This document shows, piece after piece, positions 18,553 through 28,543 of a stretch of 64,000 nucleotides of DNA (its first letter is position 1; each line of letters opens with the position of its first letter). This DNA comes from a virus, in IMG/VR virus record IMGVR_UViG_3300005099_000475, positions 6,274 to 70,273 of that record; one strand, written 5' to 3'. Below the pieces are notes generated by a model that did not search any database, had not been told where the DNA came from, and saw nothing but the letters and a program-made list of their open reading frames with translations. The position numbers and the translations under genes were made by a program.

Positions 18553-19477
18553 TCATCTCGCCTTCTCCAAATTCCAAATATAGGACACAATTTTATTTTT
18601 GTCAAGAGGAGAAAGTTCGGATGGATCAATTTTCTCCGGCAATTCCATAATTTCAGTTTCAACGAAGGAATTGAGAAAAGAAGCCACTTTATTGGACGAA
18701 TACTTTTCTCCGCCATCAAACATCAAATAAAGTTTTGAAGGTCTTTTACTCAAAATTTTCAATACTTGAGTTTCTGTTATCTCTTTACCAAATAAAGCAA
18801 CGGTTGGATAAGGATAAAATCTGAGACAATCAAAAATTCCTTCGACGATTAAAACTTTATCCCCAAGCTTTATACCATCTATATTGTAAACGAGTTTTTT
18901 CAAAGGTTCAACAGAATCTTCGTTTCTCAAGTTCAAATAACGAGGCTCAACGTTCTTCAGAAAAGCCCTACCTACCAGACTTTTAACTATTCCGCCTTCC
19001 CTTATGGGGAATATTATTCTTCCGAACCATTGACCCCACGTCGAAAAATAAATATCATTCCACAATTTCTCGGGGACGTTTCTCTTTCTTAAGTAATTTC
19101 TCGCCAATTTAGCCAAATCGGAATCTTTCAAAACACAAAAAGTGTCCGGAGGAAATTTAACATACTCTTTGCCGTTTGTTTCTCTTTTTTCTCTTTTCTT
19201 GGAATACGTGGAATAACCATATTTATAAGCTATTCTTTTTGCTTCTTTTATATCAACATTGCACAGAATTTTTATCAAATCGGGGAACGAACCCGAAGAA
19301 TCACATACCCAACAATGGAAATAACCATAGTCGAGATGAATTCCGCAATGGAACGCAATGGAAACGCTCTTCGCCACAAAAAGGGCAACAAATGTTTACA
19401 TCATTCCTACCAACATTTTTTCCCTTTTCCCTATACGAAATATTATGATCCTCCAAGAATTTACGAACTTCCAACAC
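18553..19477 (-). CDS. DnaG-type primase (Zn finger plus TOPRIM), frameshifted by a 10-bp tandem duplication
   Basis: TOPRIM VEGIFD/MFDGG; upstream frame gives ...VNICCPFCGEERFHC; deleting one CGCAATGGAA copy (19344-19363) restores CPFC...H...CWVC. Confidence 0.88.
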
Positions 19478-19491
19478 CCCGCTTCAAACTC

Positions 19492-19974
19492 CTAATTACT
19501 CTTTAAATAGACATTTTTTTCATCCTTTCTTGTCTTTTCCAAAATTTCGGCAAGTTTTTGGTTAAGAACCATAAGAGATTTATCCAACGACTTCAAAGCT
19601 TCTTTCCCTTCTGACTTGGCGATGTCGGCTCCGTACTTAAAGAATGCAGTGGTAAGAATAATTTTTCGAGTCGGGCAGAACACGAAAGCCGAAAGGAAAA
19701 ACAAAAAAGAAATTATCAACCATCGCATTCTCTTAATGTGCTTGCGCCAAAACCATCTCTTTTGTCTTCCGCTCCAATTGCCATCAACGATCATCAAAGC
19801 AATCGCGAGATAAGCGGCGAAAGAACAAATCGAAAGGGCGGCGAAAAAGAAAAGAGTTCCTTCGATTTTGTCACTTATGGCCATGAAATACGCCCCTAAC
19901 CACGACATAATATTCCTCCTCGTAAATGGTTTATCAAATCCCAATAATTTCTGTAATAAGGATATTCGTTCCAA
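19492..19974 (-). CDS. hypothetical membrane protein
   Basis: Two hydrophobic segments. Confidence 0.6.
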   Translation of the reverse strand: MERISLLQKLLGFDKPFTRRNIMSWLGAYFMAISDKIEGTLFFFAALSICSFAAYLAIALMIVDGNWSGRQKRWFWRKHIKRMRWLIISFLFFLSAFVFCPTRKIILTTAFFKYGADIAKSEGKEALKSLDKSLMVLNQKLAEILEKTRKDEKNVYLKSN

Positions 19975-20420
19975 GGCCGCGAAATCGGAAGGAAAAACGG
20001 ATTATTCAATGGCATGTTCGGATGGTCGTCGATCAGAAACGCGTCACACAATGAATCCAACAATTCGATTTTGTCTTTTTGATCGCCAACTAAAATCAAA
20101 TCTCGAGATTTGGCCAAGAACCCGTGCTTCTTCAACCAATCAATGTGAACTTTCCAACTATTAGGATGTTGGCAAGTGCAATAAAACACTTTTCCTAATT
20201 TCGACAATGAGTCCACAAAATAATTCGCGTAAGGATAAGGCAAAGCCTTTTCGAAAACTTCTGGAAGGTTTATCCAATAAGAAATGGGCACACCAAACAA
20301 TTCGGCATTCCATTCATCGATGAAATCGTCGTCTCGCGGAGAATAAATCGCGCCGTTATAAAGATATATTCCCGAAACCAAGTTTCTTATCACTCCATCT
20401 AAATCTACCAAAAATATCAT
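19896..20420 (-). CDS. HAD-family 5'(3')-deoxyribonucleotidase
   Basis: LVDLDGV motif I, LIDD motif IV, RPWN. Confidence 0.85.
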   Translation of the reverse strand: MIFLVDLDGVIRNLVSGIYLYNGAIYSPRDDDFIDEWNAELFGVPISYWINLPEVFEKALPYPYANYFVDSLSKLGKVFYCTCQHPNSWKVHIDWLKKHGFLAKSRDLILVGDQKDKIELLDSLCDAFLIDDHPNMPLNNPFFLPISRPWNEYPYYRNYWDLINHLRGGILCRG

Positions 20421-20424
20421 CTTT

Positions 20425-20685
20425 CTACTCCAAATCGTCCAAATAATCACTCCTCAAAACAAGTCGTTTTTTCAAATCCTTTTCCGTCGGCGGTTCCAGA
20501 GTTTTATCGTTCAGTCTAAAATCCGGATACAAACTTCTCAACTTCCAATAACATTCCCTTACGATCCCGGGAGCATAGGTAGGTCTGCCGTGAGCGTAAC
20601 GCGCACTCATCCAAAAAATTCGTTTTATTATGTCGTACAAAATTTTTTCTTTTTCTTCAGAACTCGGGGATTTCCTCATTTCCAT
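20425..20685 (-). CDS. hypothetical phage protein
   Basis: ORF with GGAGG RBS. Confidence 0.6.
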   Translation of the reverse strand: MEMRKSPSSEEKEKILYDIIKRIFWMSARYAHGRPTYAPGIVRECYWKLRSLYPDFRLNDKTLEPPTEKDLKKRLVLRSDYLDDLE

Positions 20686-22099
20686 CCTCCTTTCTCAATT
20701 TCATATCTAAAAATGAATAAATTTTATCTAAAACTAACCTCTTGGTCGTTTCCGGAATGCAAGGAATCGGTTCATCGGGAGACATTTCCCTTCCGGAAAT
20801 CAGAAATTGACCAATCGAATAATTTTGTCTTAAGACAAATTTTTTGAGTTTTTCTCCTATTCTATTACGGACAATCATCAACCTCGCGATTTTCAACTCG
20901 TTTTCCAAGGGCGTTTGGGAAATGCTTATTCCAACATCGGCTCTTTGCATTTTCGAAATGTCTTCCGCCGTTTCCTTGCCAGTTACCCATAATTTGCCTT
21001 CCGCGCTTCTGTTTGCTTGCGAAACTACAACAACGGCAATCTTATATTTCAAAGCGATGAGTTTCAATTGTTTGTAAATCTCGATAGATTCCAAACGAGG
21101 TTCAGAAAACCTCTTGTCGGCCGACATCAAATCTGGCGTATCGATCAACAACATATCAGGATAATATTTATACCTAATTTTAAATTCTTCAAGTAGCGAA
21201 CGGATTCCCGAAGGAGTTAGTCTGTCGGCGGTTCCGTCATAAATCAAAGCGTCCCCGAATCCTTTACAGAACTGCAAAAGTTTCTTTATCTCGTCTCGTT
21301 TATCAAAAATCGAATTCGGAATAAAAGATTCGACATCGGAAAAATCTTCGGTCAGAACATAAGTTTCTTTTTGTCCGTTTAGGGAAACTCCCGCCAAAGA
21401 CATGTAAAATCTCGTCGCTATTTCCTTTTTAGTCATTTCAAGAGTAATAAATAAAGGAATGACGCCTTGCAACAACGCTTCCCGAAAAAGATAAATCAAC
21501 GCCCATGTTTTTCCCGTCGAATAAAGACCCAACCATACCCACAAACTTCCTCTTCTCAAATGGGCGTATTTGTCTAAATCCGAAAAACCTGTGGTCATCA
21601 GGAACTCGGAATCAGAAACTTCTTTTCGAAACACTTCTTCGAAAAAAGCCTCATCCAATACGGATTCGATTTTACCTTCATACCTAAAAACCTTTTCGAT
21701 GGAAGTTTCGAAAATTTTTTGAATCCGATTTACGTCTTCGTTCTTCAACGCTTCCTGAGCTTGCAATATCGCGGAAGAAAAAACTTGTCGCTTCACGAAA
21801 TCATCCAAACGATCAAGAACATAATCCTTAGAAACATCCAAACCTTTCAATCTATCCAAGTACTGCTCCAACAACGAAACACTTTCATCGGACTCAGTCT
21901 CCTTCCACCTGAGCTGCAAATCGTCAAACGAACATCTTCCGTACTTCAACTTGAATGAACAAATATCGCACGCGATCTTTTTCTTAAATTTGTCAAAAAA
22001 TACGTCGTCCAAAGGAACCCTTTTCGACACAAAATCCGTAAATTCCGAACTTCTCAACATCAAAGCCAAAACAGCGTCTTGCAAATCAAGCATTTTCAT
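20657..22099 (-). CDS. DnaB-like replicative helicase
   Basis: TGFSDLD, GLYSTGKT, ITLEM, VSQANR, VRNRIG. Confidence 0.9.
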   Translation of the reverse strand: MKMLDLQDAVLALMLRSSEFTDFVSKRVPLDDVFFDKFKKKIACDICSFKLKYGRCSFDDLQLRWKETESDESVSLLEQYLDRLKGLDVSKDYVLDRLDDFVKRQVFSSAILQAQEALKNEDVNRIQKIFETSIEKVFRYEGKIESVLDEAFFEEVFRKEVSDSEFLMTTGFSDLDKYAHLRRGSLWVWLGLYSTGKTWALIYLFREALLQGVIPLFITLEMTKKEIATRFYMSLAGVSLNGQKETYVLTEDFSDVESFIPNSIFDKRDEIKKLLQFCKGFGDALIYDGTADRLTPSGIRSLLEEFKIRYKYYPDMLLIDTPDLMSADKRFSEPRLESIEIYKQLKLIALKYKIAVVVVSQANRSAEGKLWVTGKETAEDISKMQRADVGISISQTPLENELKIARLMIVRNRIGEKLKKFVLRQNYSIGQFLISGREMSPDEPIPCIPETTKRLVLDKIYSFLDMKLRKEDGNEEIPEF

Positions 22100-22909
22100 T
22101 CCGATCCTGTATTGCCATCAAGTCGCATGAAAAATTCCTTTGTGATTCTTTCTTTAGCCAATTTACAGTAATTTTTGTCTATTTCTGTTCCTATTCCTTT
22201 TCTATTCAACAAAGCACAGGCGATTAAAGTACTTCCACTTCCCAAAAATGGGTCTAAGACAGTATCGCCAACAAAACTTAAAAGTTTAATGCATCTCTTT
22301 GGAAGTTCTATTGGAAAGGGAGCAGGATGTCTAACCTTTTTCTTACTTTCGCCAGAAAATGTCCATAAACCATTAGTCCATTCCATGAATTCTTCCCTTG
22401 TTATATCACTTTTATCATTTTTTATTTTTCGCCATTTTTCTTTATAGAAAATGACAATGGCTTCCACAGGAGCAATTACATAAGGTGTCCGTGCACTGAG
22501 CCATGAACCCCAGGCAGTTCTTCTTGATATATTGCCTTCATTCCATATTATTGTTGAAAAATACTTCCAGCCTACTTCTTTAGCAATATTGACTATATTC
22601 CGCATAAACACTTTGAAATCCTGCCTCTTTTCTCCCTTTGCTTTTATCTAAAGGTATATTAAGGCACATTCTTCCATCTATTTTCATCAATGAGTATGCT
22701 TTCTTTAGCCATTTTTCAGTAAACTCAAGGTATTTTTCATAGGGAATATCGTCCCGAAAAGAGTTATAGTGAATATCTACATTATATGGAGGAGAAGTTA
22801 CAATCAGATCAATCGAGTTCTCTTCAATTAAGCTTGTTGTTAAAAAATCATCATAAATTATTTTAATATTCCCTTCTTTTGTTTCAAAGAATATTTTTTC
22901 CTTTTCCAT
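22096..22909 (-). pseudogene. beta-class N4/N6 DNA methyltransferase split by a 1-nt insertion near 22598
   Basis: 5' ORF has VTSPPYN; 3' ORF has HPAPFP and DPFLGSGST; removing one A gives QSVYADIVNIAK. Confidence 0.85.
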
Positions 22910-22940
22910 TTAGTTCATTCTCCATTCACACTTCCGTCCT

Positions 22941-23822
22941 TTAATATCCCGTGTCGAACATCGCTCCATACCAAGAATAACATTTCGCCAACATCAAACT
23001 GAGACCATTCATCAAATTGTCGAATAAAATTTTTCCGTCGAATTCCATTCCGTTCCAAGCTACATAAAGCTTAATATGCTTATAACCTTGAGACAGAATT
23101 TGGGCTTCATTGTTCAAATAGGCGTCGGCCTTCAATCGAACGGGGGAGATCCACTGGTGGATAAATCTAAAAATCAAAGCGGCCCAAAAAATCTCGTCCT
23201 TGGAAATTTCCGTTTCTTCTTCGTCCAAAGAAAAAATTATCAATTCCTTTACTTTTTCTCGGGCTTCGGAAGTTGAAACGACTCTTTTTGTCAACCAATA
23301 TTCGTATTTCAAAGCAAGATTCCTATTCAACGCGTATCTAAAGCTCGTTATCGTCGGGTCAGAACCTTTCTTGGAAGAATCCAAAAAGAAGAAATGGGTG
23401 ATTTCTTTCAAATAGTCAAGAGGATACAACTCCAAAGCCAGTTTCATTACCTTTCTCGAAAGAGCAGTCGGTTTTCCTTCCGAAACGACATATTTTTTCT
23501 TGATTTCAAACCAATAATTTTCGTATTCCTCGAATTCTTCCCGGCCGAAGCTTCGTTTGAATCTTCTATCCACCAAAGGATGTCCTTTCAAACCGCCATA
23601 ATCGTCGAACTCACCTTTCGGTTCGAAAAAATTTTTCATTATGTATTCGTAATCCCGCAAGAAAGCCTCGTTGCCGGTTTTGTCAGAATACCATTTCGCC
23701 GCTTTGTAACTTTCGCGACAAAAGTTATAGAGAATTTCCTTGTTTTCATCACCGCGCCTTTCGGGGAAGGAAAATTCGCCGTTGTATTTTTCGTAAAGCT
23801 TTTTCAGTCTATCGTCGACCAT
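22941..23822 (-). CDS. hypothetical protein
   Basis: Long ORF; start placed downstream of the minus-strand promoter. Confidence 0.65.
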   Translation of the reverse strand: MVDDRLKKLYEKYNGEFSFPERRGDENKEILYNFCRESYKAAKWYSDKTGNEAFLRDYEYIMKNFFEPKGEFDDYGGLKGHPLVDRRFKRSFGREEFEEYENYWFEIKKKYVVSEGKPTALSRKVMKLALELYPLDYLKEITHFFFLDSSKKGSDPTITSFRYALNRNLALKYEYWLTKRVVSTSEAREKVKELIIFSLDEEETEISKDEIFWAALIFRFIHQWISPVRLKADAYLNNEAQILSQGYKHIKLYVAWNGMEFDGKILFDNLMNGLSLMLAKCYSWYGAMFDTGY

Positions 23823-23832
23823 CTCGTTCATC

Positions 23833-23894
23833 AATATATCCATCCAAAAAATTTTGTCAATACCCCTTGACAAAAAATTTTAAAACGTTATATT
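23833..23894. promoter_or_regulatory. back-to-back divergent sigma70-like promoters
   Basis: Plus: TTGACA 23867-23872, N16, TATATT 23889-23894. Minus: TTGACA 23860-23855, N16, TATATT 23838-23833. Confidence 0.75.
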
Positions 23895-23905
23895 GTTTTT
23901 CCAGG

Positions 23906-26026
23906 ATGACGACAGATTGGAGCGACGTTAGCAAATTCGAATTCAGGGAAGTAAGGTTCCTGAACGAGAGGAGAAAGTGCGTTTCTGTTAAACTCTCCCC
24001 GAAAGTCCATTACAGAAAGCGTTTTTCCAAACTTCCGAAAAGACCGAAAAATTCCTCCGTTTTGGTTTTGCCCAATCCGGTTTATAACAAATGGCAAGAA
24101 TGGGTTTTCGACAAATTCTCGAGAAAGGAAGAATTCTTACGAGAAAACAATCTAAAAGACATATTAACGAAGGATGAAGAAAGGGTAGCAAAGTTCGAAG
24201 TCCTGACTCTTGACATAGATTATCCCTTCAATCGTTTATACAAAAGAGACAAATCAGGCAAGTCCCTATTGGAATTCTTCGAAGAAATCTTCGAAGACTC
24301 GATGGAAATTTTCGAAACCGCTTCGGGCAGAATCAGAATCTACGTCCACGTCGAACCGGACGAATGGATGGACGTCAATTTCAAACTGATGTCGTTCGAC
24401 TACGAACCCAAATACATATTTTTCCTTTTGTGCAAGAATTTGCTGCACTATTTAAATCAAAAAATTAAGAAAAGATACAAAATAGAAATGGACAAGTCTT
24501 TCCTTACCAACCTAAACCATCCCGTGTTTCTCGAAGAGTTCCCCATACCATTGAAAAACGGTAAAAAATCCCGACTTTACAAAAGCCATAAGGGAAAAAT
24601 TAAGCTTTCCAAGCTGCTTAACAAGTTTCCTCCCTTTCACAATCTCATTATTTCTTTTTACAAAAAGAATATAAACTTATTAAATTCTCTATTAAGTATC
24701 GATTATAGTTTAAAGGATATAATTAGTGGTAAGTTATACAAAAAATTAAAAAAACATTCCTTCCAAGATTGGAAACTGTTTCCTAAAAAGGAAGATGATA
24801 AAACGAATACTAAATATAATAGAAAAAGAAATAGAATAGGAGAATATGAAATAATATATAGGAATATTTTAACGGAGTTAAAAAATAATGAAGACGATTG
24901 GTGGTCTTATGTTTCGAAACCGGCGGACAAAGAATTACAAACCAATTACCGACTTTCCTTTCTTTTTGGAGAACTCGAAAAGGTTTACGGAAAAAGAATC
25001 GCCAAGGCTTTGTTTTACGGCGTCGTGATTCCCAAGTTGTTTACATTCCTTTCTTCCACTTCGAAGTATAAACTGACATATTCAAGCAAACAACCACGGA
25101 ACGAGAAAAGATGGAATAGGGTTATTAGGCCGATAGTGAAGACCTTGATTTTGGTTGCAGGAATTTCCAATCCGATAATTGTGGGAGCTTTGTTGGCTCG
25201 GTATACTTATGACGTTCTTCCCAAAGAAAATCTTGACGATGAGGTTGCTTTCGTATTGGACGAAGTGGAGAGAATGTCGGATGAAGAAAAACTGGAATAT
25301 TTGATGAACAACAAACATTTCGCCAAAATTCTTCAGCCCGACAAGAAAACCTATTTCTTTGATTTTCTTAAATTGCTTTCGATTTACGAGAGGACGGACA
25401 GAAGGGAATTCACGTTTGAAGAATTGAGAAATTCATTGGATTTATCCAAATCCTGCTTTTCCAAATTTATCGTTTATTTATGTAAAATGGAAGAAATAGG
25501 ATTTTTACAGTTTGAGATAAAGAGAAACGGAAAATACAAAACGATTTATTTTTCAAAACTCCCTTCTCCCGAAACGGTAATTTACTTCGACTGGACCGGA
25601 GCGAAAGCTCGAACGTTTTGTGGATTGAAATATAACGCTTTCAGACGTTTGGAAGCTTTGGAAAATCCCGACGAAAAACTGTTGGCGGACAAGATAAAAG
25701 AATTCGATCTGAAAATAGATAGGGTGGCCACAAACATAACCGCGTTCGTCGTGAAAAAACTACAAAAGGAGAAGAAGATATCGATCGGAACGACGCAACA
25801 ATTTTGGTTGAAACAAGGACTAACCAGAATAATTCTCAAAGCGAGAAAAACCAAAAGGCTCGGGGCCACTTCTTTAGCCTTCATTTTGGAACACCTTAGT
25901 TCTTTCTTGGAGGTTGTTGTGGGATTTTTAGGTTTAAGATTGTTCAAAAAAACTTCCGGGCGGATCGAGAAAGGATGCGGATTCGAGGGAACGAATTTTT
26001 TGACTTTTTCTCGTTCTCCCCCTTGA
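23906..26026 (+). CDS. putative replication initiator (AEP/primpol-like N-terminus, HTH near C-terminus)
   Basis: LTLDID and ETASGRIRIYV resemble AEP motifs I and II; TFEELRNSLDLSKS is HTH-like; internal AT-rich tract. Confidence 0.5.
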   Translation: MTTDWSDVSKFEFREVRFLNERRKCVSVKLSPKVHYRKRFSKLPKRPKNSSVLVLPNPVYNKWQEWVFDKFSRKEEFLRENNLKDILTKDEERVAKFEVLTLDIDYPFNRLYKRDKSGKSLLEFFEEIFEDSMEIFETASGRIRIYVHVEPDEWMDVNFKLMSFDYEPKYIFFLLCKNLLHYLNQKIKKRYKIEMDKSFLTNLNHPVFLEEFPIPLKNGKKSRLYKSHKGKIKLSKLLNKFPPFHNLIISFYKKNINLLNSLLSIDYSLKDIISGKLYKKLKKHSFQDWKLFPKKEDDKTNTKYNRKRNRIGEYEIIYRNILTELKNNEDDWWSYVSKPADKELQTNYRLSFLFGELEKVYGKRIAKALFYGVVIPKLFTFLSSTSKYKLTYSSKQPRNEKRWNRVIRPIVKTLILVAGISNPIIVGALLARYTYDVLPKENLDDEVAFVLDEVERMSDEEKLEYLMNNKHFAKILQPDKKTYFFDFLKLLSIYERTDRREFTFEELRNSLDLSKSCFSKFIVYLCKMEEIGFLQFEIKRNGKYKTIYFSKLPSPETVIYFDWTGAKARTFCGLKYNAFRRLEALENPDEKLLADKIKEFDLKIDRVATNITAFVVKKLQKEKKISIGTTQQFWLKQGLTRIILKARKTKRLGATSLAFILEHLSSFLEVVVGFLGLRLFKKTSGRIEKGCGFEGTNFLTFSRSPP

Positions 26027-26050
26027 CAAATGAAATTTACGATTTATAAT
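26023..26050 (+). promoter_or_regulatory. consensus sigma70 promoter, likely leaderless transcript
   Basis: TTGACA-N16-TATAAT, ATG 7 nt downstream, no SD. Confidence 0.8.
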
Positions 26051-26057
26051 TTAAGCC

Positions 26058-26273
26058 ATGAGTGCGTTGGGCAAACAAGTAGGAGGCAAGCATTACAAAG
26101 AGTTTGAAATTCAACCGATCGAATTTATCATGAAAAACAATATCGGATTTTGCGAAGGAAACATTATCAAATATGTTTGCCGTCACAGGGTTAAAGACGG
26201 AATAAAAGATTTAAGAAAAGCGAAACATTATTTGGAATTGTTGGCGGAATTTTATTACAAGGAGGAATTGTAA
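26058..26273 (+). CDS. DUF3310 (SaV-like/T7 gp1.7-like) protein
   Basis: QVGGKHYK...IQPIEFI...GNIIKYVCR...DLRKAKHYL. Confidence 0.9.
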   Translation: MSALGKQVGGKHYKEFEIQPIEFIMKNNIGFCEGNIIKYVCRHRVKDGIKDLRKAKHYLELLAEFYYKEEL

Positions 26274-26456
26274 ATGATAAATAAACCAATAAGTAAGCCA
26301 CGACGCAAGAAGAACTTTCGGAAGTATCGGATTTGCCCTTGCTGTGGGAAGAAAATTTCTTTGGCCGAGTTTCGAGACGAATTGTCGAGATTGGAATTTA
26401 CAATCTCTGGTTTGTGCCAAAAATGCCAAGACGAAGTTTTTGGGGAGGATAAATAA
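26274..26456 (+). CDS. small zinc-finger protein
   Basis: CPCC...EFTISGLCQKCQDEVF. Confidence 0.7.
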   Translation: MINKPISKPRRKKNFRKYRICPCCGKKISLAEFRDELSRLEFTISGLCQKCQDEVFGEDK

Positions 26457-26675
26457 ATGGTTTTACGCGTTCTTCTTACTTTTCTTTTTGCGATTGGCGT
26501 CGTTCTCTTTTTTGCTTGGACGTTCGATTTCTTTCTGTTTTTATATTATAAGAGGAAACTCGAATATGAGGAGAGGTTGATGAAGTCGAAATTGGTTTAC
26601 GAAATGGGAAAGGACGAAATGACGAAAAAAGCTCTGACAAAATTATTCGGCGAGGTGAAGGATGAAGTTCAATGA
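26457..26675 (+). CDS. hypothetical membrane protein
   Basis: N-terminal hydrophobic helix; GGAGG RBS. Confidence 0.6.
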   Translation: MVLRVLLTFLFAIGVVLFFAWTFDFFLFLYYKRKLEYEERLMKSKLVYEMGKDEMTKKALTKLFGEVKDEVQ

Positions 26676-27150
26676 CGAAGTTATAAGGAAAATTCTCGAA
26701 GTAGATAAATTAAATCTCGATAGCATTTGTGAAACTCAACCGTCATTGTTTTATGAATTGACTAAAAAATTGCCTGATTTATGGTTGAAACAAGCAACTT
26801 TAAAGTCTAAGCTATCAGAAATTAAATCTGATTTATATATTGAATATAAAAAGAATTCAGAGAAGGTTACCGAAAAGAATCTCGAAGCTTTGATTTTCAG
26901 TGATGAAAGATATAAACAAGCAGAAAAAGAATACTTAGAAGCAAGAGCAGAATATTTACAAGCGGATCTATTGAAAGAAGCAATGCTTCAAAGGAAAGAT
27001 TCAATTAAAATTCTTGCGGACTTGTACGCTTCTGAATATTTCTCCATTTACGCCCCCGAGGCTGTCAAACAGCAGTCAGAAAAAGCTAAATCAAAATATC
27101 TTGATAAATTAGGGGAGGAAATAAAGAACAAATTTGGAGGTGAAAGATGA
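26662..27150 (+). CDS. UvsY-like recombination mediator
   Basis: Helical ~160-aa protein (KVTEKNLEALIFSDERY) directly upstream of the SSB. Confidence 0.55.
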   Translation: MKFNDEVIRKILEVDKLNLDSICETQPSLFYELTKKLPDLWLKQATLKSKLSEIKSDLYIEYKKNSEKVTEKNLEALIFSDERYKQAEKEYLEARAEYLQADLLKEAMLQRKDSIKILADLYASEYFSIYAPEAVKQQSEKAKSKYLDKLGEEIKNKFGGER

Positions 27151-28028
27151 TAAAAGACAAATTCAAGAGGGATTTGACTTTTGAGGACCTCGAAAGGTCT
27201 CAAGAAGAACTTTCCGGCTCGAGAGGGGATTGGATAATCAAAAGGGATGTAAGACTTTTCACTCCCGAAAACGGGGAAAATTGCATCAGGATTCTGCCTT
27301 TCTTCAACGACGATCCGTTTGCAAACACCGCATTGGGGGCGAATATCCATTTGCACAGATTTCCTACTGGAGATTCTTATGTTTGTTTGTTGGAAACGAA
27401 GAAGAACAGAATTCCGTTGGGGGTTTGTCCCATTTGCGAAGCGAGGAACGATTTCCCGGACGACGTGAGAAAAACCGCTGTCCCCGGTAGAACCCTTTTG
27501 ATGTGGATTCTTAATCAAAAGAAACCAGAAGACGGCGTAATGTTGTGGACCTGTCCTCCGAAAAGAGTTGGTCAAGAGATACTAAAAAGAATGAGAAACA
27601 GAAGAACTGGAGAACCAATTAACATTCTTGATCCCGATACGGGAAGAAATGTTTATTTCGAAAAATCCGGTTCTGGCCTTCAAACGGAGTATTTCGCCGT
27701 AGAAATCGACACGGAAGTGAGTCCCGTAAGCGATGAAGTCCTCAAGGAGGTAAAATATTTCGAAGAGGTTTTGGAAATTAAATCCGAAGAATTTTTGAGA
27801 AAGGTTGTAAGAAGTTTCCTCGGCGGTTTTTCTGTAGAGGAATCGGATGAATATGTTCCAGAGGAAATCAAGGCGATCGAAGAAGAAGCGGAAAAGACTG
27901 CGGAAGTAATCCCGCCTGCAAAGGTGGAAGACAGAATTAATGTTTGCTTCGGACATTACGGAACTTATTCGGAATGCGCGAATTGTCCGCTCGCCAAACT
28001 TTGCCAGGGTAAAACCGAAGGATGGTAA
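27147..28028 (+). CDS. gp32-like single-stranded DNA-binding protein
   Basis: IRILP, CPICE, DPDTGRNVYFEKSGSGLQTEY, acidic region and C-terminal Cys cluster. Confidence 0.75.
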   Translation: MIKDKFKRDLTFEDLERSQEELSGSRGDWIIKRDVRLFTPENGENCIRILPFFNDDPFANTALGANIHLHRFPTGDSYVCLLETKKNRIPLGVCPICEARNDFPDDVRKTAVPGRTLLMWILNQKKPEDGVMLWTCPPKRVGQEILKRMRNRRTGEPINILDPDTGRNVYFEKSGSGLQTEYFAVEIDTEVSPVSDEVLKEVKYFEEVLEIKSEEFLRKVVRSFLGGFSVEESDEYVPEEIKAIEEEAEKTAEVIPPAKVEDRINVCFGHYGTYSECANCPLAKLCQGKTEGW

Positions 28029-28258
28029 GATCATGGAAAATGAAAACAAATGTAAAATGGGGTCCTAAGAAAATGCCGAAAAAGAAAAAGAAGAGAGAAA
28101 CCAATAAACAGAAAATAATCAAAACTGTTAAAAAGTTGGGAAGAGTCGTTGAGTCGTTGTCGGTCCCATTAAACCTGTTCAAATTCACAAGGACAAATCC
28201 AAATATGACCGAAACAAGGAAAAGGAAAAGACAAGGAAAGAAATCGAGGAGGCTTTAA
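28022..28258 (+). CDS. small basic hypothetical protein
   Basis: Lys/Arg-rich ORF; start uncertain. Confidence 0.4.
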   Translation: MVRSWKMKTNVKWGPKKMPKKKKKRETNKQKIIKTVKKLGRVVESLSVPLNLFKFTRTNPNMTETRKRKRQGKKSRRL

Positions 28259-28543
28259 ATGAAAAATAGTAAATCCTTTTCAGAATCGCACACAATCGAT
28301 TTTCTTCGCTTCGGACAATCCATAACATTTGTGAGATCGAAAAATCCCGAAATTGGACCATTTTTGAAGGACTGAGGAGGAAAGAATGATAGATTTTTTG
28401 CTTGCTTTGGGTTTACATAAATGTGTAGAAGGTGAGGAAATCTCCAACCGAATGCAACAAACTTATAAAGCGATGATAGATGGAAGGTGTTATATGGCCA
28501 GTTTAACGCACAAGGAAAATAAGGACGAAACTGAGGTGGTGTA

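Noticed and set aside
28260-28540. Short broken ORFs (IFFASDN...) resembling a phosphoesterase start
   Set aside because: Too short and fragmentary to support a call.
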